NCBI RefSeq assembly: GCF_006345805.1
Contig: NW_021828637.1
Coordinates: forward strand, 1 to 8,019
Origin: Octopus sinensis
Lineage: Eukaryota
Length of the DNA: 8,019 bases
Direction of reading: 5' to 3'
Shown here: piece by piece, positions 7,446-8,019 of the stretch
Layout of the letters: each line of letters starts with the position of its first letter
Position numbering within the stretch: position 1 is the stretch's first letter
Notes under the pieces: generated by a model
Databases searched by the model: none
Seen by the model: the letters and a program-made list of their open reading frames with translations, nothing else
What the model was told of the DNA's origin: nothing
Made by a program: the position numbers and the translations under genes

Positions 7446-7889
7446 AGAAACATAATACACAGGCGGTGAGCTAGCAGAAACGTTAGCACTCTGACAAACT
7501 GTTTAACGGTATTTCGTCTACTGTTACGTTCTCAGTTCAAATTCTGCCGAGGTCGACTTTGCCTTTCGTCCTTTCGGGGTCGATTAAATAAGTACCAGTT
7601 ATGCACTGGGGTTGATATAATCGACTTAATCCATTTGTCTGTCCTTGTTTGTCCCTTCTGTGTTTAGCCCCTTATGGGCAGTAAAGAAATAGGTATTTCG
7701 TCTCTCTTTACATTCTGGGTTCAAATTCCACCGAGGTCGACTTTGCTTATCATCCTTTTGGGGTCAATAAATTAAGTACCAGTTATGCACTGGCGTCGAC
7801 GTAATCGACTTAATCCCTTTGTCTGTTCTTGTTTGTCCCCTCTATGTTTAGCCCCTTGTGGGCAATAAAGAAATAAGAAGCATAATACA
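7446..7889 (+). repeat. 14-bp target-site duplication flanking the SINE dimer
   Basis: AGAAACATAATACA (7446-7459) and AGAAGCATAATACA (7876-7889), 13/14 identical. The left copy ends 1 nt before the element start and the right copy abuts its end. Confidence 0.8.
7461..7875 (+). mobile_element. tRNA-derived SINE, fourth family, as a head-to-tail dimer: a full unit plus a 184-bp unit lacking the A-box end
   Basis: A box-like TAGCAGAAACG (7472-7482) and B box GTTCAAATTC (7535-7544, repeated at 7719-7728). The central GGTCGACTTTGCC...TCCTTTCGGGGTCGAT..AATAAGTACCAG resembles a conserved metazoan SINE domain (Meta/MESC type from memory; name not verified). Units 7508-7691 and 7692-7875 align without gaps, with 26 mismatches in 184 nt. 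Confidence 0.88.
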
Positions 7890-7955
7890 TGTTTCCAAAC
7901 CATACTCTGTTGCAAGTAACAGCTGTAGGTCTTTAGGTTTATATCATAATTGTTA

Positions 7956-8019
7956 GTGAAGGTACATGGCTTAGTGGTAAGTGTATTTGGCTGAGGATCA
8001 TAAGGTCAAGAGTTCAATT
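7956..8019 (+). mobile_element. tRNA-derived SINE head, same family as 1796-2114, cut by the window edge
   Basis: A box TGGCTTAGTGG (7967-7977) and B box start GAGTTCAATT (8010-8019). It aligns with 1796-1856. Confidence 0.78.

Noticed and set aside
1796-8019. A/B-box regions as genuine tRNA genes
   Set aside because: I could not fold convincing cloverleaves. The boxes are degenerate and each head runs into a SINE body or is homologous to one that does.
1796-8019. All five SINE insertions lie on the + strand
   Set aside because: With five events the chance of one shared orientation is 1 in 16, which is not significant.

Overview
This is eukaryotic, repeat-dense, non-coding DNA (intergenic or intronic). 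The SINE families and microsatellite load look like an octopus/cephalopod genome; that is inference from recalled repeat sequences, with no database search. No intact host gene, rRNA, true tRNA gene, CRISPR array or prokaryotic system is supported. Contents: (i) a decayed RTE-type LINE on the minus strand (1-1132) whose endonuclease/linker is joined directly to the middle of the reverse transcriptase; (ii) five tRNA-derived SINE insertions, all on +; (iii) a 5'-truncated RTE-like LINE 3' end with an (ATG)7 tail (6622-6941); (iv) many microsatellites and a ~940-bp G/T trinucleotide mosaic, which explain most ORFs in the track. The structures most worth following up are a 286-bp fold-back-plus-tandem array (3096-3381), the 838-bp segment containing it that is bounded by a TSD-like 19/20-bp direct repeat (2773-3649), and a head-to-tail SINE dimer enclosed by a single 14-bp TSD (7446-7889). 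I see no convincing novel protein-coding system.
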